A DNA stretch of 57,962 nt from a virus (Duplodnaviria; Caudoviricetes): positions 1 through 57,962 of the IMG/VR virus record IMGVR_UViG_3300048834_000191; one strand, 5' to 3'. The notes beneath the pieces were generated by a model, which saw nothing but the letters and a program-made list of their open reading frames with translations, had not been told where the DNA came from and did no database searches. A program made the translations under genes and the position numbers. Shown in pieces: positions 53,930 through 57,962 of this stretch (positions within the stretch are counted from its first letter, which is position 1; each line of letters starts with the position of its first letter).

Positions 53930-54384
53930 GCCGCTTCCGCCTTCTTCAAAATCCTATCGACCTTCTCCGAAACTTCTGTGTCGGCTTGCAATTCTGTTAG
54001 AAACTTCGCGTATCCGTCTCTAATCGCGTGAGTGTCAAAACCGCCGAGAGATATGGCGATTTTGCGCCACGACATGCCGAGATGATTTCGCAAAAGATAA
54101 ATGAACAATCTACGAGCAAATGATTTCTTCAGCCCGCGACTGAACGAAAAAAACTCACGCTTTGATACACCCGTTTGAGTAAGGACGGCGTAAAGAAAAA
54201 AATTTACCTGTGGCGACTCGTTAGCCGGCGGCTTACGCATCGCCAGTTCAACTTTGTGCTTTCGCGCATCCTCTGGCTTGCCGGGACATAGTTCATGATC
54301 TTCATGAACGGCATAAAGCGCGCGAAGCAATTTATCGACGCCGCGAACGCGGCAATCGAGCGGAATGTCTGGCGTGTTCTTCAT
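53926..54384 (-). CDS. DnaA C-terminal HTH-like protein
   Basis: AR...IYL.R...MS...IA..LGG.D...I. Confidence 0.7.
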   Translation of the reverse strand: MKNTPDIPLDCRVRGVDKLLRALYAVHEDHELCPGKPEDARKHKVELAMRKPPANESPQVNFFLYAVLTQTGVSKREFFSFSRGLKKSFARRLFIYLLRNHLGMSWRKIAISLGGFDTHAIRDGYAKFLTELQADTEVSEKVDRILKKAEAA

Positions 54385-54971
54385 CGTCCGGCACCTCGAT
54401 TGTCTAAAGCGCTTCTGCGCGAGGAAAACATCGATGATAGCCTGTCGGCCCTACATGGCGGCAGGTGATGCCATGTTCTGCTATTTATAATATGTCCAAT
54501 AGTTGTTCTGCCGCAGCCAAATTTTCTGGCTATGGCTGTTAGATTATTTTCTCCCGCATCAAATAATTTTCTAATTTCAAGAACCTCGCGTGAGGTGAGT
54601 CTTGCCGTGCCGGAATTTTCTCCAACCTGCCGAGTTCCGTGTTTTATTTTGTCGGCGTTGTTTTCCTTTGGTGTGGCCCATCTAAGATTCGAGATTGCGT
54701 TATTATCCTTATGATTATCGTTGTGAGCAGCCTGATGAGTCGCCGTTGGGGGCGGGCCAACAAAAGTCATAAGCATCAGTCTGGCTGCACGTATATAAAC
54801 TTGTTTGCCGTCTTTATTTACCAGCTTGAACAGCCTGTAGCCACGAATAACCCTGCCTGATAATTCGGTTCCGGCAGAAGACCTGCTGGTTGTGTGGATT
54901 CTAATTACCCGACAACTCGATGAGATTTTATAATCGGGAAACTCTTCATTGATTTTCCATATCTCGTTCAT
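54381..54971 (-). CDS. NUMOD4-HNH homing endonuclease
   Basis: EIWK.I..Y.IS; RL...TFVGPPP....AAH.D....NN...NLRWAT..EN. Confidence 0.85.
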   Translation of the reverse strand: MNEIWKINEEFPDYKISSSCRVIRIHTTSRSSAGTELSGRVIRGYRLFKLVNKDGKQVYIRAARLMLMTFVGPPPTATHQAAHNDNHKDNNAISNLRWATPKENNADKIKHGTRQVGENSGTARLTSREVLEIRKLFDAGENNLTAIARKFGCGRTTIGHIINSRTWHHLPPCRADRLSSMFSSRRSALDNRGAGR

Positions 54972-55315
54972 TTGGAGGCCCTCGCCTTATCCAGCGCGCT
55001 TCTGCCCCTGCATGGCTCTCCCAATAGCTCAGCTTGACGACTTGCCCACTCACGCGGGCCATCTCGCTTAGGGTCGTATTCGGGATCGCGAGTGATGCCG
55101 TCCTCTTTCGGAAGCATCATTGTGTAATCGAAATCAGCCAGAGGCGTTCTTGTGTTTGCCTGCTCTGCCAGCTTTCTCGCCCGATATGTCGGGTCGAGTT
55201 TCATTTGGAGCGGATGGAGCGGAAAACGTAGATGCTTTGCAATCCGCTTCCATGAGTAGTTTTCTTGGCGCAGCCGTCTTGCGCGCACGAGAATATCTGC
55301 GGGCACTTCACGCAT
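54968..55315 (-). CDS. Hypothetical protein, possible HTH
   Basis: SWKRIAKHL; G.P..GRSALD. Confidence 0.55.
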   Translation of the reverse strand: MREVPADILVRARRLRQENYSWKRIAKHLRFPLHPLQMKLDPTYRARKLAEQANTRTPLADFDYTMMLPKEDGITRDPEYDPKRDGPREWASRQAELLGEPCRGRSALDKARASK

Positions 55316-55326
55316 TGCAGATTCCT

Positions 55327-55617
55327 TTAGGTTTTGTGATTTGCAGTTTTGATAAGCGCGGTGATGTGGTCGTAATCATCTTTCGACATGCCATGCACGG
55401 CAAAATGATCCGCCATCAGGTATAGAAATTCGGAAGTTGCGCGCTCGCCGTTCAGTACGGCTAGGCTTGATGCCATTCCGTAACAAAACGAGCGCATCAT
55501 CTTCGTGGTGCTATCGACGCCAAGATCGGCAACCGTGTCGAGAACGTAGTTGATGCCGAGATCGCGCATATGTTCGAGATCATCGGTATCGGTGGAAGCA
55601 GCCATCCCGCACCCCAT
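55327..55617 (-). CDS. Hypothetical protein, first gene of the leftward early operon
   Basis: Divergent from repressor; no obvious HTH. Confidence 0.5.
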   Translation of the reverse strand: MGCGMAASTDTDDLEHMRDLGINYVLDTVADLGVDSTTKMMRSFCYGMASSLAVLNGERATSEFLYLMADHFAVHGMSKDDYDHITALIKTANHKT

Positions 55618-55639
55618 TAGGCTTAATAAGTAACCTCAA

Positions 55640-55691
55640 TGTTAAGTAGTACTATACATACCTGGGTATTAGTGTCAAGCAATTCTATCGT
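55640..55691 (-). promoter_or_regulatory. Leftward promoter with two operators (55640-55658, 55673-55691)
   Basis: TTGACA-N16-TATAGT on the minus strand; TGTTAAG-N5-CTATACA and TGTCAAG-N5-CTATCGT. Confidence 0.75.
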
Positions 55692-55725
55692 TTATTTGTA
55701 AGGCTGGCTCGTTCATTGAGCCGTA

Positions 55726-56481
55726 ATGGGAAAATTGAAAGTGCCAGCTAAAAACTCACTTGGAGCGAGGATTAGGTTCGCGCGAATGAGAGTTAGAGAC
55801 AGCCGTGGGCGCGTAGTTTCTCAAGAGGAATTTGGCGCAAGAATAGGTGTTACGCGCGGGTCGGTATCTCAATGGGAAAACAATACGTCCGCGCCCAGCA
55901 TAGAAAATCTGCGGAGCATCGCAAGAATATCCAGGCTCAGTCTCGACTGGCTCGATAGCGGCAAGGGCGAGCGTGAGATACGCGAAGAAAAACCACTACC
56001 CATAGGCGACAAACACAAGGCTCGCGTTGCCGGCGAAGTGAACGCCGGAGTGTGGCGAGAGGCGTCACCCATCAATATTGACGCCGATGCAGACGCCGAC
56101 AAATACCCACCAGTGCCAGCAGCCATCAACAGTCGGATTCCCGCATCGCGGCAGGGGGCGCTCAAGGTAATTGGCAATTCGGTGAATAAGGCAATACCTG
56201 ACGGGGCTTTTGCTATATGCGAAAGCCTATGGGATTCCAGTGAGCCAGAAGCCGGAGACCTGGTTGTCGTTCAGCGCGAGCGAAACGGGTTATTTGAGGC
56301 GACCATCAAATTATTGGCTCACAAAAATGGGCGTTGGGAATTGCAGACACACTCCCACGATCCAGAATTTCAAGGCATTATTCCGCTTACGGATAATTTC
56401 ACCGCGTCTGAAAAAGACTCTGCCATTGTTCAGATTATAGGCCGGGTAATTGGTCACTATGCGCAATACGGCAATTCTTAA
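55726..56481 (+). CDS. cI: CI-like repressor (XRE HTH + S24 peptidase)
   Basis: SQEEFG.RIGVTRGSVSQWE; V.AG cleavage site; GNSV; ATIK. Confidence 0.9.
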   Translation: MGKLKVPAKNSLGARIRFARMRVRDSRGRVVSQEEFGARIGVTRGSVSQWENNTSAPSIENLRSIARISRLSLDWLDSGKGEREIREEKPLPIGDKHKARVAGEVNAGVWREASPINIDADADADKYPPVPAAINSRIPASRQGALKVIGNSVNKAIPDGAFAICESLWDSSEPEAGDLVVVQRERNGLFEATIKLLAHKNGRWELQTHSHDPEFQGIIPLTDNFTASEKDSAIVQIIGRVIGHYAQYGNS

Positions 56482-56941
56482 AGCTGCAATCTGCGCAACG
56501 TTCTTATGGCCCATTGCGGCAAGCGCCGAATGGCGGTCATTCACGCAGATCGACCGCATGTCGGATAAAAAAGAAACGTGGATAGAGCTTCGCGGCAATC
56601 CAATTAATCGTCTCGGCAAATCTGTTACGCCATATATCGAAGTACAGTGTCATCGTGGCCACCCTCTCCCGCAATTCAAATTCAGCTCGCCGGTAGATTT
56701 TGGCCGCGTCGGCGTCAATTACAAATTTGATAACGAGAATATCCGTCAACTCTATATTTCAATTTTTAAAGACGGCATGACGCTGCCTATTTTCGCCGGA
56801 AACGAATCGAACATCAACGCGAAGTTGAAGTCAGCCAAGCGATTGCGGCTCGAAGTTTTCTTCACTGGGCAATCCGCCGAATTTATCGACATGAATTTGA
56901 CGGGCGCAAAAGACGCCTATTCCAAGCTCGGCTGTCGATAG
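56459..56941 (+). CDS. Exported protein co-transcribed with the repressor
   Basis: Signal peptide ending ASA-EW; two Cys. Confidence 0.65.
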   Translation: MRNTAILKAAICATFLWPIAASAEWRSFTQIDRMSDKKETWIELRGNPINRLGKSVTPYIEVQCHRGHPLPQFKFSSPVDFGRVGVNYKFDNENIRQLYISIFKDGMTLPIFAGNESNINAKLKSAKRLRLEVFFTGQSAEFIDMNLTGAKDAYSKLGCR

Positions 56942-56996
56942 CCCAATAACTCACTGATTTAATGGGATTATTTGCACTGATTATTCTTGCCTATGA

Positions 56997-57045
56997 TGTA
57001 TAGTATTGCTTGACTCCACTATGCGATGTGTAGTAACTCTACACA
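56997..57045 (+). promoter_or_regulatory. Rightward early promoter with two operators (56997-57015, 57027-57045)
   Basis: CTTGAC; TGTATAG-N5-CTTGACT and perfect TGTGTAG-N5-CTACACA. Confidence 0.78.
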
Positions 57046-57072
57046 ATCAGATCGCTTCGGGAGAAAGCAGAC

Positions 57073-57354
57073 GTGACGACCTACAGCCTGACATTCAAGC
57101 AAATCGGCGGCGATGAAATTGCCGTTAGCGAGTCTCGCAATCTGGACTCCGCTTGCGACCGCGTTCTCGAATATCTGGATTACGGCTATGAGCTGATCGC
57201 GGCTACGCGTGGCGATGCAAGCGCCCTCTCCGAAGTCATGGTGGAGGTCAACTACCGAATCGACAATCCAGATTGGGAAGAATCCGAAGAAGAGTTCGCG
57301 CGCAACCAGCGCAATGAAGATCGGCGCGACTATTACGCCGGACGGGGTGTGTGA
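57073..57354 (+). CDS. Acidic hypothetical protein
   Basis: GGGAG RBS; first gene after the promoter. Confidence 0.6.
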   Translation: MTTYSLTFKQIGGDEIAVSESRNLDSACDRVLEYLDYGYELIAATRGDASALSEVMVEVNYRIDNPDWEESEEEFARNQRNEDRRDYYAGRGV

Positions 57355-57475
57355 TGGGTATTGCGTTCACATTCCTCATCTTCCTTCCAGCCATTCTCGT
57401 CGTGTGCGTTCTCGCGCAGCAATTCGCTGATGCTTGCCGCGTTGGTCAGCACAGCAAACATTTCGAGGTGATGTG

Positions 57476-57962
57476 ATGGGCATGTCCAGTTACGAGAAGG
57501 CGAAGGAAGAAACGAAACCGGAGGTCATCGTTTCCTACAAAGGCTTCGATCAGAATTTCCAGTGCCGCGGCTTTCAGTATGAAATCAGCAAGACCTACTC
57601 GATCGAAGGCGAGATCAAGGCTTGCAGCCAAGGCTTCCATGCCTGCGAAGAACCGTTCGATGTATTTGGATACTACGGCCCCGGCACATCCCGGTATGCG
57701 CTGGTCGAGCAATCTGGACGGATCGACCGCGATGACGGTGACAGCAAGATCGCCTCGGCGCACATCACCATCGTGGCCGAGTTGACACTCCCCGACTTCA
57801 TCAAGCGCGGCGTCGATTACATCCTCGCCCGCGTTGACTGGAAGAATGCGAAGGAAGCCAACACCGGCTACCAGAGCGCAGCGACCAACACGGGCGACCG
57901 GAGCGCAGCGACCAACACGGGCAACCAGAGCGCAGCGACCAACACCGGCTACTGGAGCGCGG
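57476..57962 (+). CDS. N-terminal part of DUF7666-type repeat protein (continues at position 2)
   Basis: YKGFD...CRGFQYE, C..GFHACE.P.DVFGYY, DSK.A; in frame with the 5' end of the window. Confidence 0.85.
   Translation, partial: MGMSSYEKAKEETKPEVIVSYKGFDQNFQCRGFQYEISKTYSIEGEIKACSQGFHACEEPFDVFGYYGPGTSRYALVEQSGRIDRDDGDSKIASAHITIVAELTLPDFIKRGVDYILARVDWKNAKEANTGYQSAATNTGDRSAATNTGNQSAATNTGYWSA

Larger units (their letters stand above)
1..57962. mobile_element. Near-complete circular genome of a lambdoid siphovirus, probable alphaproteobacterial host
   Basis: Full set of terminase, portal, capsid, tail, lysis, replication and repressor genes; no host housekeeping genes; 1-126 identical to 57793-57918. 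Confidence 0.95.

Noticed and set aside
57793-57918. Biological terminal repeat
   Set aside because: Falls mid-gene next to a tandem array and has a k-mer-like length; more likely an assembly overlap

Overview
The window is an essentially complete ~57.8 kb genome of a lambdoid-type siphovirus. Positions 1-126 recur at 57793-57918, so the contig is circular. The host is probably an alphaproteobacterium (Rhizobiales-like); this is inferred from gene families and CTTGAC promoters. The + strand early arm (55.7 kb through the origin to 10.5 kb) holds a CI-like repressor, a DUF7666 repeat protein, a Rad52/Sak recombinase, SSB, HNH nucleases, a C5-methyltransferase and a tRNA-Thr-derived att core, but no integrase. 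The - strand (55.6 to 10.6 kb) holds replication genes, two amino-methyltransferases, RusA, a Q-like regulator, terminase, portal, MuF, two tRNAs, a glycosyltransferase block, head and tail genes, lysis and an exonuclease module. Most unusual features: (1) an intein in MuF whose endonuclease is a separate gene on the opposite strand, overlapping it codon-for-codon; (2) four glycosyltransferase-like genes inside the head operon, plus a recurrent Ser-Pro-Asp motif in five virion proteins, suggesting a virion glycosylation system; (3) several structured intergenic RNAs, two with a shared expanded tRNA-like architecture; (4) an orphan attP; (5) ATC and CTG start codons. All calls come from reading motifs by eye; no database searches or folding programs were run.
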